From an uncultured virus (IMG/VR IMGVR_UViG_3300047094_000158) (taxonomy: Duplodnaviria; Heunggongvirae; Uroviricota; Caudoviricetes): DNA of 20,000 bases. This document shows, in pieces, positions 1-9,110 of this stretch (its first letter is position 1; each line of letters begins with the position of its first letter). Below the pieces are notes generated by a model. It saw only the letters and a program-made list of their open reading frames with translations. It did no database searches and was not told the DNA's origin. A program made the position numbers and the translations under genes. The stretch is from the IMG/VR virus record IMGVR_UViG_3300047094_000158, one strand, 5' to 3'.

Positions 1-93
1 GGTGGTAAAGACTGGTCTTCCTGGACTACCCTGAATGGATCACGGTATCAGGAATGGTACAACAAATATCCATGCAAAAAAGACAAAAAATAA
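1..93 (+). CDS. C-terminal fragment of a probable lytic transglycosylase/lysozyme-like protein (truncated by window)
   Basis: Frame 1 reads GGKDWSSWTTLNGSRYQEWYNKYPCKKDKK*; the G-x-D-W-x-x-W end is typical of actinophage SLT-like proteins. Confidence 0.45.
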   Translation, partial: GGKDWSSWTTLNGSRYQEWYNKYPCKKDKK

Positions 94-102
94 TATCAAA
101 TA

Positions 103-140
103 AAATACCCCCCTTGCTTTTGGCTTGGGGGGTTTTATTT
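103..140. terminator. Probable bidirectional intrinsic terminator between convergent genes
   Basis: ACCCCCC...GGGGGGT stem flanked by an A-rich tract upstream and TTTTATTTT downstream. Confidence 0.6.
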
Positions 141-190
141 TAAATGTTAACTATTTTACTAACATAAAAGGCTAGAAATAAAGTATAAAA

Positions 191-880
191 TTAAACCTTG
201 CTAGTCCAGTATAGGTTGTAGTAGTCAACGTTTAATTGAAACCTTTTTACGTGCGTAGCAATAGCGCCTGTGTGTGCATGTAATGGAATTCCTGCTGCTT
301 TTAATTTTCTAAAGAAAACAACATCTTCACCAATATACTCGTCTTCAATCCCCTCTTGTTCTGCAAATAAAGACTGATTTGGATATTTTTCTCTTAATTT
401 AGAAATAATAGATCGGTGCATAATTACTAACCCCATTCCAGCAGAATCACACCTTACAACCTCATCAACTGGAAGAGGATGTACATACTCAATAGCAAAC
501 TCAGACAGGTCATTAAATAGTGCGGGAAAAGGTACCATAAGAGAGCCATCTAATTGTTTAGAAATAAAATATGTTCCACTTACAACTGGTCTTTTTTCTT
601 TGTCTGCCGTATCCCAAATTTTCTTTAATGTTTCTGCAGTTATATGAATGTCAGAGTCAATCCATAACAACCAATCATCTTGTGAATCATTTGCCCAACA
701 ATCAAAAAGTGCTTGCCTCTGTCTTCCTATTTGATTTCCTTCTACACGCACAAAAGAATCTATGTTAAGACCAAGACTTTTGCCATGGGTAAAAATTGAA
801 ACTAATCCTTCTACAAATTTACCATCTGTGTTGCCATTGTCGCACCAACCAAGCGCAACAGATTCTTTTTTAGTTATCAC
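191..880 (-). CDS. Glycosyltransferase, GT-A/GT2-like
   Basis: LLWIDSD (DxD) motif, GMGLVIMHR and GEDVVFFRK motifs typical of phage GT2-like enzymes. Confidence 0.8.
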   Translation of the reverse strand: MITKKESVALGWCDNGNTDGKFVEGLVSIFTHGKSLGLNIDSFVRVEGNQIGRQRQALFDCWANDSQDDWLLWIDSDIHITAETLKKIWDTADKEKRPVVSGTYFISKQLDGSLMVPFPALFNDLSEFAIEYVHPLPVDEVVRCDSAGMGLVIMHRSIISKLREKYPNQSLFAEQEGIEDEYIGEDVVFFRKLKAAGIPLHAHTGAIATHVKRFQLNVDYYNLYWTSKV

Positions 881-892
881 GATTCTCCTATT

Positions 893-1084
893 TTATAAGT
901 TTGGGATAGGTACAACTATATCAGAAGACAGTCCGCAGTTAAAGCAATGAGAACCTGGCGCATAAAAGTATTGGCTTTTATCAGATGCAAGGATTACCTT
1001 ATTTTGTTTAAATAAGGGAATCATTTCTTGAGACCAATTACCGTAAATAATTGGCGCTAAGTCTGCACCGCAGTTTGGACACAT
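893..1084 (-). CDS. Small zinc-ribbon protein
   Basis: CPNC...PIIYG...CFNC; start overlaps upstream stop (TAATG). Confidence 0.7.
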   Translation of the reverse strand: MCPNCGADLAPIIYGNWSQEMIPLFKQNKVILASDKSQYFYAPGSHCFNCGLSSDIVVPIPNL

Positions 1085-1770
1085 TACCTATACTCCTTTT
1101 TATTCCAAAACATAGTTTTATATCTATCAAAAAATTTGCTGTTTAGTTTTGACCTAATACTATGTTGTTCTTTAAGTTCTTTGTCAGATCCTAAACTCAT
1201 ATGCCAAGTATCACGCCTGAAGGGAATAACCTGTGCAATAGGTGTTCCTTTTGGAATTAACCCCTCAAAGTCAGGATCATTCATAATCATAGGGAAATTA
1301 ATTGGCGCCGTGTAAGTGTCGGTATCCACAATTCCTGGAAGAATGGTAAAAACCGATTCTCTATGAAACGGTTGAACAAATAAGGTTGAATATCCTTTAG
1401 GTGTTTTAATAGACCAAGGATTCTCCCACTTGGGTACAGGTACATCTTGTCTATTTCGGGCTGGATGCTCAATGGCTTGTTCTAGAGAATGCAGACTAAT
1501 TAAATTAAAAGAAGCCCATTCAAAGTAATGATAACCATCTACAAGGCTAACGTAGACATCAGCGGGTGACGAGATTATATATCCTGCAGTTATAGCATCA
1601 AACACTGGCATGCAACGTTTTATCGTTCCCGTTGTACCACCGTTACCATCTGGTTTTTTATTTTTACCAATGTATGAGTCTGTGTTTGTGTACCATTCAG
1701 GTATAAACTTAGATGCGGGTTGTGGGGGATCTATTTCAAAAGGAATAGTGTTGGTAAAAGTAATATTCAT
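1084..1770 (-). CDS. Conserved phage protein, possible dUTPase-like beta-clip fold (DUF6065-like)
   Basis: TIKRCMPVFDAITAGYII and GLIPKGTPIAQVIPFRR motifs; GGGGGG RBS-like element upstream. Confidence 0.55.
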   Translation of the reverse strand: MNITFTNTIPFEIDPPQPASKFIPEWYTNTDSYIGKNKKPDGNGGTTGTIKRCMPVFDAITAGYIISSPADVYVSLVDGYHYFEWASFNLISLHSLEQAIEHPARNRQDVPVPKWENPWSIKTPKGYSTLFVQPFHRESVFTILPGIVDTDTYTAPINFPMIMNDPDFEGLIPKGTPIAQVIPFRRDTWHMSLGSDKELKEQHSIRSKLNSKFFDRYKTMFWNKKEYR

Positions 1771-1834
1771 CTGCCCCCCCGTTTATATTATTAAACCCAC
1801 TATACAGCAATTACAAGCAAGCCTTTAAAACTAG

Positions 1835-2113
1835 TTAATTATTTGTAATCCAAGAAAGATTTTCTTCATCCCAAACCATAGTTGCATCTGGACACTCTAC
1901 TGGTGCATTCCAACTACCATTTGAGTAGACCCAACTTGGAAAAGGTTTAACTGGTATAAAGTTTCCGTTAATATATGAGCCACCTACTTGAGCATTATCT
2001 TCATCTGTACACTCAACACAGGCAAACTCTGTCACCGACTGTGCAATTTCTAGTGAATCAGCAATAATAATATTTACTACTTCATCCCCATCAATAAATG
2101 CAAATTTACTCAT
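1835..2113 (-). CDS. Tail-fibre-associated small protein
   Basis: F-x-P-x-KPFPSW...WNAPV..P...WDE...W motif, directly downstream of Gly-rich fibre gene. Confidence 0.6.
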   Translation of the reverse strand: MSKFAFIDGDEVVNIIIADSLEIAQSVTEFACVECTDEDNAQVGGSYINGNFIPVKPFPSWVYSNGSWNAPVECPDATMVWDEENLSWITNN

Positions 2114-2125
2114 GATAGTTCCTCT

Positions 2126-3037
2126 CTAAACCTCAAGGACGTAAGCAACGCCTGCTCCACCATCGCCACCATTGCCAGTAGGGCCATTACCACCTGCTGC
2201 GCCACCACCACCTTTAAGACCTGCACCAGCATTAGTACCCCAAGCACCGCCAGTTGATATAGTTCCACTTTTTACGAAAATAAATTCACCCGAGTTGTAA
2301 GAGGTGCCACCACCAGTACCATATCCATGGGGTCCTCCAGAACCACCATTTACGGCATTTCCAGTTCCGCCTCCGCCACCTTGTGCGCCATTGTGTAGTG
2401 AGTAATGTCCGCCACCACCGCCGTTTGCAGTTAATGTTGTAATTCCAGTACCAGAAATTGTTGATGTGCCACCACCTGAAGCATTTCCTCCGCCAAATCC
2501 TGCGCTGGGTCCTGCGCCACCTGCGCCACCGCCAATTACTATAGAAGCGTTTGATGATATTGGAGTATAGCCAGCAGAAATACCGCCAGCGCCACCAGCA
2601 CCGCCTGGGTATGATCCAGCACCTGATCCGCCACCTCCGCCACCAACAATTATGCTATATGCAGCACCAGTTGTACTAAGAGTTGTAGTTGTATTATATT
2701 CAGTAGCCGCACCAGTTGCTACTGGGCTAAGGGATCTACCGCTAGGGGTAATCGTAACAATTACGCTAGTTCCAGCATTAGTATAGATAAGTGCTTTATC
2801 TGCATCTCTAGACAAACTGAGTTGAACTGAACCACTTGATGTAGAAGTTCTTCCAATTGCGCCAGCAGAGTCTTCAAAAGTTACTGTAGCAACAACAGTT
2901 GCTGGGCAGGTGATTGTGTAGGTAGATGCGGGAAAACTTGTAGATAGTCTGTAGCCAACAGATGCTGCTGGTACCGATACCGCTTTAGTTTCTAATACAG
3001 ACGCTGCTGATGCTGGGGGAAATACACTAATTCCCAT
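2126..3037 (-). CDS. Glycine-rich tail fibre/virion protein
   Basis: VGGGGGG...GGAGG...ANGGGGG...GGDGGAGVAYV glycine-rich domain. Confidence 0.75.
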   Translation of the reverse strand: MGISVFPPASAASVLETKAVSVPAASVGYRLSTSFPASTYTITCPATVVATVTFEDSAGAIGRTSTSSGSVQLSLSRDADKALIYTNAGTSVIVTITPSGRSLSPVATGAATEYNTTTTLSTTGAAYSIIVGGGGGGSGAGSYPGGAGGAGGISAGYTPISSNASIVIGGGAGGAGPSAGFGGGNASGGGTSTISGTGITTLTANGGGGGHYSLHNGAQGGGGGTGNAVNGGSGGPHGYGTGGGTSYNSGEFIFVKSGTISTGGAWGTNAGAGLKGGGGAAGGNGPTGNGGDGGAGVAYVLEV

Positions 3038-3339
3038 TACGCTATCTCCACTCCGCTAATGTGAAAGTCTACTGTTGTAGCAGATGCTAAACCTTTAATT
3101 GTATCTGTAGCCTCTAAGACCTGCTTAAGGTCAATGTATGCTGTTGTATTGGCAGCGACTGTTGAGTCTTTCTGTAATTCAATATCATCTAACAAAATAG
3201 TGAATGTTGCTGCAGATGCTGCAGTATTAGCAACAGAAATATTTGTTACTACCGTTGTGGTTGACGAAGGGGTTGTGTATAGGGTTGCGCTTGAGGTTGA
3301 TGCTGCTCCTCTAAAAAGCACCTTTGAAGTTGTAGCCAT
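3037..3339 (-). CDS. Putative virion structural protein
   Basis: LYTTPSSTTTVVTNISVAN...FHISGVEI beta-rich protein, coupled to the fibre gene. Confidence 0.65.
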   Translation of the reverse strand: MATTSKVLFRGAASTSSATLYTTPSSTTTVVTNISVANTAASAATFTILLDDIELQKDSTVAANTTAYIDLKQVLEATDTIKGLASATTVDFHISGVEIA

Positions 3340-3382
3340 TAGTTACTACCTTTCTGTGGTATGAGATTATTATAGCACCTTT

Positions 3383-3763
3383 TTATAAGGTATAAACTCC
3401 CATAATTGTTTTAATTTCTAACTCTTCAACGATAGATTGTTTTGCAATTGGTAACCAGTTAGATCCATCATAAATTTGAAGGGTATTAATTATATTTCCA
3501 GATGAATCTTGTCTTATTACACATATTGATCCAGCGACTGGAGATGTAATTGATGCATCTCTTGCTGCTGGATTAAGATAATTATTTATACCCCTTTTTG
3601 CAACTAACGCCTCAACCATTGTTACATTAGATAAATAGGTTTGCAACCCCGCCCACTCATAAGTTCCAGATGTATCTGTTTTACCAGATAACTCATACCA
3701 GGTATCGTCTGCTACATTATAAATATATCCTGGTTTTCCGTCGTAATTAAATAATGTTGGCAT
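3383..3763 (-). CDS. Putative minor tail/virion protein
   Basis: LQIYDGSNW tail-fibre-like motif; operon context. Confidence 0.55.
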   Translation of the reverse strand: MPTLFNYDGKPGYIYNVADDTWYELSGKTDTSGTYEWAGLQTYLSNVTMVEALVAKRGINNYLNPAARDASITSPVAGSICVIRQDSSGNIINTLQIYDGSNWLPIAKQSIVEELEIKTIMGVYTL

Positions 3764-4242
3764 TAAACCACCTGATCAAAAGTGCTAGTGTCCCCATTAT
3801 AAACATACATCTCTAGTGGGCTTGATCCTTTTTTAATCCAAATAACTCCATTGGCTAATCCAGTTGATGGCTGTGTTGCAGTATAAATAGATGTTGCCGA
3901 TATATACCCTACTGGGGCTGCTGCATCTTTGTCCACCCAAATATATCCATCTGGTATTGTTGCAGAAAATGTTGTGAAGTTTGCTGCAACGGGTGCAGAG
4001 TTTTGTGCTGAAGATATGTTTCTTGCTGAAACCTCTAGCGCAGCCTTTGTAGTGATTTGACTCTGTAAACTGTTAATTGTATAAGCAATTGATGGATTTA
4101 AAAGTTCTGCTGGATCTGTTTCTGCAGTATCAAAATCATACGAGCCGTAGTGGTATGCCTTTAAAGCATCTTGAATATTAGCATCATCAATTAATGCTGG
4201 AATTTTTGTTGGTACTAAATTTCCTATATTTTCTACAGCCAT
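3763..4242 (-). CDS. Putative minor tail/virion protein
   Basis: DGYIWVD and NGVIWIK...MYVYNG fibre-type motifs; AGAGGTG RBS. Confidence 0.55.
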   Translation of the reverse strand: MAVENIGNLVPTKIPALIDDANIQDALKAYHYGSYDFDTAETDPAELLNPSIAYTINSLQSQITTKAALEVSARNISSAQNSAPVAANFTTFSATIPDGYIWVDKDAAAPVGYISATSIYTATQPSTGLANGVIWIKKGSSPLEMYVYNGDTSTFDQVV

Positions 4243-4277
4243 CGGATCACCTCTTTAAAGATTATACCATTTTTATA

Positions 4278-4853
4278 TTAAACTATAGATATAAAAAGGT
4301 GTACAGTTTTATTTCCAGTAAGCGCTGACCAACTACCACCGCTATATTGAACTGCGTCAAAGTTTATTACTAAGTTTGTTCCAGCCCCTGCTAAAGCAGG
4401 TATCTCCATTGATGAAGCAATTGGATTTGCTCCTTCAATTTGAAACTGAACATTGAAGTTTGAAGCGGTAAGTGGTGAACCACTAACTGTTACTATGTTT
4501 GATATTGGAATAGTTATTGATCCTGCGCCAGACGTAAAGGCAATTGTTTCTACAGAGGAGTAAATTGCTGGACTTACTTTTAAAACTTGAACCCAAGTAT
4601 TTGCACCAGCCTGAGAAATATATTGATACATATATCCATAGTTTTCTCCTGGGGCGGTATTAATATACATATCATTTAAAATTAAGGTGTTTCCAAATAA
4701 AACACCACTTGCTGTTAATGCATTAGGTTCTCCAGAACCAACAATAAACTTACTACCACGAGTTCCCTGTGGTCCAATGTCAACTAATAGATCAATTGAC
4801 TCTGGCGGTCCTATAACAACAACATCATCGGTATTAAGTAGTACGTCAACCAT
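4278..4853 (-). CDS. Putative virion structural protein
   Basis: GPQGTRGSKFIVGSGEP...DMYINT; operon context. Confidence 0.55.
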   Translation of the reverse strand: MVDVLLNTDDVVVIGPPESIDLLVDIGPQGTRGSKFIVGSGEPNALTASGVLFGNTLILNDMYINTAPGENYGYMYQYISQAGANTWVQVLKVSPAIYSSVETIAFTSGAGSITIPISNIVTVSGSPLTASNFNVQFQIEGANPIASSMEIPALAGAGTNLVINFDAVQYSGGSWSALTGNKTVHLFISIV

Positions 4854-5203
4854 TATGAATCATCTGCTCCAGTAATATCATCTGTTACTGTTATTGATCC
4901 AGTCAAAAGTGTGTAAATTAGTGTTGCTCCAGAATCTATTTGAACATCGTAAACATATGTTCCAGCAGCAAGTTCTTCTCCAGCACCTGGTAAAATTGTG
5001 CAAGTTACTACATCTGTAGAGCCATCAACAACTGCTTGCATTTCATATTGAGTTTTATTTTCACCTCTTTGATTTGCAATGAAAAAGCCTGCACTATATC
5101 CTGTTAAGTCAAATGCGTCGCCGTTTGCGTTTTTAGGACGGATTACAAATTCGTACCTATCACCACGGTAGTAATTAAAATTATATGTGCCTGGAAATGC
5201 CAT
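4853..5203 (-). CDS. Baseplate/virion Ig-like protein (BppU N-terminal-like)
   Basis: RGD...FDLTGY...GTYVYDVQI...LLTGSITV pattern; AGGAGG RBS. Confidence 0.6.
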   Translation of the reverse strand: MAFPGTYNFNYYRGDRYEFVIRPKNANGDAFDLTGYSAGFFIANQRGENKTQYEMQAVVDGSTDVVTCTILPGAGEELAAGTYVYDVQIDSGATLIYTLLTGSITVTDDITGADDS

Positions 5204-5227
5204 TATTCCTCCTATAACATTATACCA

Positions 5228-5947
5228 TTATGATACTGCTATATATATGCCTTTTAATATAAAAGATCCTTCATTGTCTGTTCTGATTTGAGGGATGCCT
5301 CCATAATTTTTTATCTTGTCGCTATTTATAAAAATGGTTTGAGAGTAAGACAGGTCATATTGATATTGATATTTTAATAACCCAACATATCCTATAGGTG
5401 ATAATTCTTCGTTTCGTAAAAAGGTTCTAATCCAAACTTCTGTATTGTTTGAATATGTTTCTAAAGAAAAATCATACCTAACCTCTACCTTTGCCCCTAC
5501 TTTAAGTGTTTTTAGGTTGATAGTCTTTGCTATTTGATTTAATAAAGAAACTGATTTGTTTGGAAGATATGCTTCATTGGTTTGGGATTCATCTATATCT
5601 AAGAAAAAAGAAACCCATCCATCTTCTCCTCTTTCTGGACCGACTTTATAAGTCTTTGTATTTTTTCCAACATAGTGTGCCCACCCAGGGTACTGACCAG
5701 AGGGGCTATCGTATCCTTCTGCACCTTTACCCGTATCACCTTTTTCTCCTTTTGGTCCTTGTAGTCCTTGTGCACCCTTTTCGCCTCTATCACCTTTTAT
5801 ACCTTGAGGGCCTTGAGGACCAATTGGCCCCACTTCACCTTTTTCCCCTTGGATTCCAGGAACGGCAATATACTCAATAGATTTTGTTTGTTCTACAGTC
5901 TCAGTGTATTTTTTCTTTTTGATTGGAAAATCCATGCTCTTTGTCAT
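5228..5947 (-). CDS. Collagen-like (G-X-Y repeat) protein
   Basis: About 14 G-X-Y triplets GIQGEKGEVGPIGPQG...; ATG at 5947 preferred over TTG at 5956. Confidence 0.75.
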   Translation of the reverse strand: MTKSMDFPIKKKKYTETVEQTKSIEYIAVPGIQGEKGEVGPIGPQGPQGIKGDRGEKGAQGLQGPKGEKGDTGKGAEGYDSPSGQYPGWAHYVGKNTKTYKVGPERGEDGWVSFFLDIDESQTNEAYLPNKSVSLLNQIAKTINLKTLKVGAKVEVRYDFSLETYSNNTEVWIRTFLRNEELSPIGYVGLLKYQYQYDLSYSQTIFINSDKIKNYGGIPQIRTDNEGSFILKGIYIAVS

Positions 5948-5959
5948 GTTTTCCAAACC

Positions 5960-6049
5960 TTACTTTATTTTTGTCTTAAAGACCTTTTTGCCAATTTTAA
6001 CAATTGGTGGAATATTTGTATTTGGAGTAGAAACCTTTACAACTGGCAT
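5960..6049 (-). CDS. 29-aa basic peptide MPVVKVSTPNTNIPPIVKIGKKVFKTKIK
   Basis: Fills the gap; TAATG coupling and GGAGG upstream; not in ORF track. Confidence 0.5.
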   Translation of the reverse strand: MPVVKVSTPNTNIPPIVKIGKKVFKTKIK

Positions 6050-6450
6050 TATAAACTTCCTCCAGGGGTGACATTTCCAAGCACACAAATTGTTCCAATT
6101 ACTGGAGTCCAAATTGTGTCTGCTTCTCCACTACCACCAGGAATTGTAACCTGAAGGTCAAATTGTAATTCTGAAACCACGGACCTATACTGAGTCCCCC
6201 AGTTAGTAGCAATATCTGCAGGTATAGAAATAATTGCATACCCATCATCTTCTGTTACTGTAAGTTCATCAAGAACTTCTCCTGTAGGATCATAGGCTGT
6301 AGATAGGTATGTCCAGCCATCTGTGTCGTAAACAGTTGTTTCGTCATCTTCAAAAAATTCTACTTTTAGGGTCGCATTGTTTCCACGGACTACGGTCCAT
6401 TGAATGTTTGCTGGCGAAGCGCCATATTTTTCTATTGTAGGAGCACACAT
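6049..6450 (-). CDS. Putative virion structural protein
   Basis: WTVVRG...LQFDLQVT...WTPVIGTI, similar pattern to 4853-5203; preceded by TGGTATAAT. Confidence 0.55.
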   Translation of the reverse strand: MCAPTIEKYGASPANIQWTVVRGNNATLKVEFFEDDETTVYDTDGWTYLSTAYDPTGEVLDELTVTEDDGYAIISIPADIATNWGTQYRSVVSELQFDLQVTIPGGSGEADTIWTPVIGTICVLGNVTPGGSL

Positions 6451-6742
6451 AATAATTGATTATACCATTAAATAAAACTGGACACCTAGACGCAGTGGGG
6501 TGGGGGGGTAGTATCTAGGTGCCAGCATAAAAATTATAACATTGTATTATTCTAAAACGGACATATTATAACAAAACGTTATAAACCAGACATTAAAAGA
6601 ATTGTTATAGAATCGTTATAATCATTTCCGCATAAAGTGTAAAAAACCAGGGTATAAAAGTGTATACTTAAAATATATAAAGAAAAAGAATAACTAGCAA
6701 GTAAGGTTTTTAAAGTATCTTATATATTATATATAAAGAAAA

Positions 6743-6958
6743 TTATTTTTTAGAATGATCTTTAAAGTGTTCAAGTAAAAGATCAAATAGTTTGTCAGTT
6801 TTTTCCTCTAGGCGATTAACGGAGTCTTTTAGACTGGATCCAGAATTTGGCTTAAGTTCGTTTAAATAATGCTTTACAAGCCAACGAATTCCACCAGCAA
6901 CAATAGTTACAATGGTAAGAAGAGTTAAGGTTAATGCTGCCCAATCTTGAGGTGACAT
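6743..6958 (-). CDS. Holin-like membrane protein
   Basis: Single N-terminal TM helix, then ELKPNSGSSLKDSVNRLE coiled segment typical of actinophage lysis-cassette membrane proteins. Confidence 0.6.
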   Translation of the reverse strand: MSPQDWAALTLTLLTIVTIVAGGIRWLVKHYLNELKPNSGSSLKDSVNRLEEKTDKLFDLLLEHFKDHSKK

Positions 6959-6987
6959 AAGGTTTATTATATCATTATTTGAGACTG

Positions 6988-7434
6988 TTATTCACAAATG
7001 TATGAAAAAGACATATGAAATAAATCATTTGTTGTTAAACCAATTGGACTGTTGTGGTCAAATGGTTCATCTGCTGCCGAAGATTTAATATTCCAAATTG
7101 TAAAAGTAGAACTGCCATCATCTAAATGTCCTTTAAGACTATAGTGATCCACACCTTGATTTACAATATCATGAACGGAGCCACCATAAACATCCGTATG
7201 GTATTTTGATGGAAACGGAAGTGTTAAGAAATATTGTCCAGTTCCGAAATTACTTACATTATCAAAGTCAACGCTAATTTGAACTTGGATAAAATTTCCT
7301 ATTTTTATATATGTTCCTGTTGCAGGAGTTCCAGTAAAGACTAATCCAGTTCCAGACCATACTGGAAAATAAGATTTTATTTCGGTTGTGAGTCCGCCGA
7401 CATCTCCAAAAGCGGGATGCGTAAATCTTGCCAC
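6988..7434 (-). CDS. Tail-fibre C-terminal-like protein
   Basis: GTYIKIG..V....FGTGQYFLTLPF motif. Confidence 0.55.
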   Translation of the reverse strand: MARFTHPAFGDVGGLTTEIKSYFPVWSGTGLVFTGTPATGTYIKIGNFIQVQISVDFDNVSNFGTGQYFLTLPFPSKYHTDVYGGSVHDIVNQGVDHYSLKGHLDDGSSTFTIWNIKSSAADEPFDHNSPIGLTTNDLFHMSFSYICE

Positions 7435-7713
7435 TTAAGGCTCCAAGCCGATTTGAATCATAGCAACGTTCATAGAGTTTACGGATGAAGTTGCATATAG
7501 CGCATCATTGGATACAAGTTCAAAAGAGATTGAATGGTTTGGCATAATTCTAAACCCGTAGTTAGAAGATGATACTCCTTCGCCACCAATATAAATATAT
7601 CCAGTTGCGTTAACATTTTGTAGGGTAATATCCATTCCGCCGTGTGCGCCTAATGGCGTCAAGCGAGTAGCAGAAGAATCGCTAAGTGTGACTAATGAAT
7701 GCGCTGTTGCCAT
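7435..7713 (-). CDS. Small beta-rich virion protein
   Basis: LQNVN..GYIYIGGEGVSSSNYGF...LYA pattern; ATG 6 nt after TATAAT (leaderless). Confidence 0.6.
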   Translation of the reverse strand: MATAHSLVTLSDSSATRLTPLGAHGGMDITLQNVNATGYIYIGGEGVSSSNYGFRIMPNHSISFELVSNDALYATSSVNSMNVAMIQIGLEP

Positions 7714-7841
7714 ATAGCAATTATATCTATTTATTTAGGCGGGATATAAGTTAAGCCGAAAATAGAGATATCAAACCATCATAAGACATAATACGACTGC
7801 TACGCAGTCCACAAATGTCTAATCGGATGTAGTATCTATGT

Positions 7842-7870
7842 TTGCTTAATATCCCGATATGGGTTATACT
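7842..7870 (+). promoter_or_regulatory. Sigma70-type promoter, leaderless
   Basis: TTGCTT-N17-TATACT, GTG start 5 nt downstream. Confidence 0.55.
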
Positions 7871-7875
7871 TAGAT

Positions 7876-8472
7876 GTGCTAGATATGATTAAGCAAATCC
7901 TTATTGAAGGTTTGACAAGCAAACTAAAAACACATCATTCAGTTTATAGGCTTCCCTGTACAAGTGAGTTTTTGGAAGAACTTATTGCTAACACCTTTAC
8001 AGAACATGGCCTGATAAACGACTGGCAGCCTAATAGAAGCCATTCCGTCAGCGTAGACATGTCTTTAGAGTCAGGCGAAAGTTTCTCTGTTAAATCGGGT
8101 GTATACGCAAATAACACACTAACCTTCTCTGGATCCAGGCTAGGTAAATATCAAACCTTAGATGCCATGATATCTAGCGTAGTGGATAATAGTGCTAAGT
8201 ATTATGTGTGTCTTGCTAAGTCAGACCAGGATTGGTCTTCTGTCCCCGCCGAAAATGAGAAAAAGGTTTATTATCTTTTTGTATTTGATTCCCAAACCTT
8301 GATATATGATAGTGGGGTTTGGAACAAAGTTCAAACCAAGTCTGGAGGATATAACTACGTTATGGAGTCTATAGGTATGTCTGCTAAAATTAATACTAGT
8401 ATGTCCTCACAGTTGTGGACCAGTGTTAGTGAGAGTCTTATTGGTGCCCCGATAAAATTGGAGATATTGTAG
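7876..8472 (+). CDS. Putative PD-(D/E)xK restriction-endonuclease-like protein
   Basis: EFLEELIA...SHSVSVDM...FSVKSG resembles the E...D...(S/E)xK catalytic pattern. Confidence 0.45.
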   Translation: MLDMIKQILIEGLTSKLKTHHSVYRLPCTSEFLEELIANTFTEHGLINDWQPNRSHSVSVDMSLESGESFSVKSGVYANNTLTFSGSRLGKYQTLDAMISSVVDNSAKYYVCLAKSDQDWSSVPAENEKKVYYLFVFDSQTLIYDSGVWNKVQTKSGGYNYVMESIGMSAKINTSMSSQLWTSVSESLIGAPIKLEIL

Positions 8473-8580
8473 TTACTTTTTAAAGTACCAAAATATTATT
8501 GCTACCCCCGACAAAATTGCAAAAATTAACAAACCTCTATCCGAATGATCATATGGATCTGTGTGAACTAAATAATTCAT
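8473..8580 (-). CDS. 35-aa membrane peptide
   Basis: MNYLVHTDPYDHSDRGLLIFAILSGVAIIFWYFKK; TAATG coupling, GAGG RBS. Confidence 0.55.
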   Translation of the reverse strand: MNYLVHTDPYDHSDRGLLIFAILSGVAIIFWYFKK

Positions 8581-8696
8581 TATTCCTCAAATGAGGTTTG
8601 GGATTGTAGTAAGTCATTTACTGTGGTTTGACAATTACAATCACAAGGTTTGTTTATAATAGGAATATCTTTTGGTTTGTCTATGTTAGATTCCAT
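8580..8696 (-). CDS. 38-aa hypothetical protein (CDCNC motif)
   Basis: GGAGG RBS; MESNIDKPKDIPIINKPCDCNCQ... Confidence 0.55.
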   Translation of the reverse strand: MESNIDKPKDIPIINKPCDCNCQTTVNDLLQSQTSFEE

Positions 8697-8838
8697 GATC
8701 CTCCATGTATTTTAGACGTTCCATTAACTTATGGTGTTCTGGATCTTCAAGCATTTCTTTAATTACATCGTTAACTGTTTTCTTTGGAATACCATAGTCA
8801 TCTGGCAAAGATGCTTCAAGATTGTCTAAAATAGCCAT
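8686..8838 (-). CDS. 50-aa hypothetical protein
   Basis: MAILDNLEASLPDDYGIPKK...MEDHGI. Confidence 0.55.
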   Translation of the reverse strand: MAILDNLEASLPDDYGIPKKTVNDVIKEMLEDPEHHKLMERLKYMEDHGI

Positions 8839-8891
8839 ATCAATGCTGCCAAACCAATTATTATGATAGAGACTAGTATTCGTTGTTTCAT
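8826..8891 (-). CDS. 21-aa hydrophobic peptide, leaderless
   Basis: MKQRILVSIIIIGLAALIWLF; ATG 6 nt after TATAAT. Confidence 0.45.
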   Translation of the reverse strand: MKQRILVSIIIIGLAALIWLF

Positions 8892-9110
8892 ATAATAATT
8901 ATACCCTATACCCTGCCAAATCTGAAAAAATTTTCATTTTGAGAAAATCTGAATATTTTTCTTAGATGTATGATATGTAATTTTAAAAATAAAAATGAAA
9001 AAAAATAGTGAGCACACTACTCTGACTCTGTGTAGTGTGTCCTATCATAGTTAGCAAGTGTCCCACCATTTTCTAGGTGGGCTTTGCGTCTTAACTGTTC
9101 AGCAGAATAC

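Noticed and set aside
2126..2650. GC-rich CCACC/CCGCC repeats as a DNA repeat element
   Set aside because: Explained by glycine codons of the Gly-rich fibre protein.
571..6154. Plus-strand ORFs 571-768, 762-950, 1610-1828, 3134-3364, 4687-4875, 5527-5880, 5768-6154 and nested minus ORFs 1287-1472, 5599-5793
   Set aside because: Shadow or alternate frames of well-supported minus-strand genes, with no RBS.
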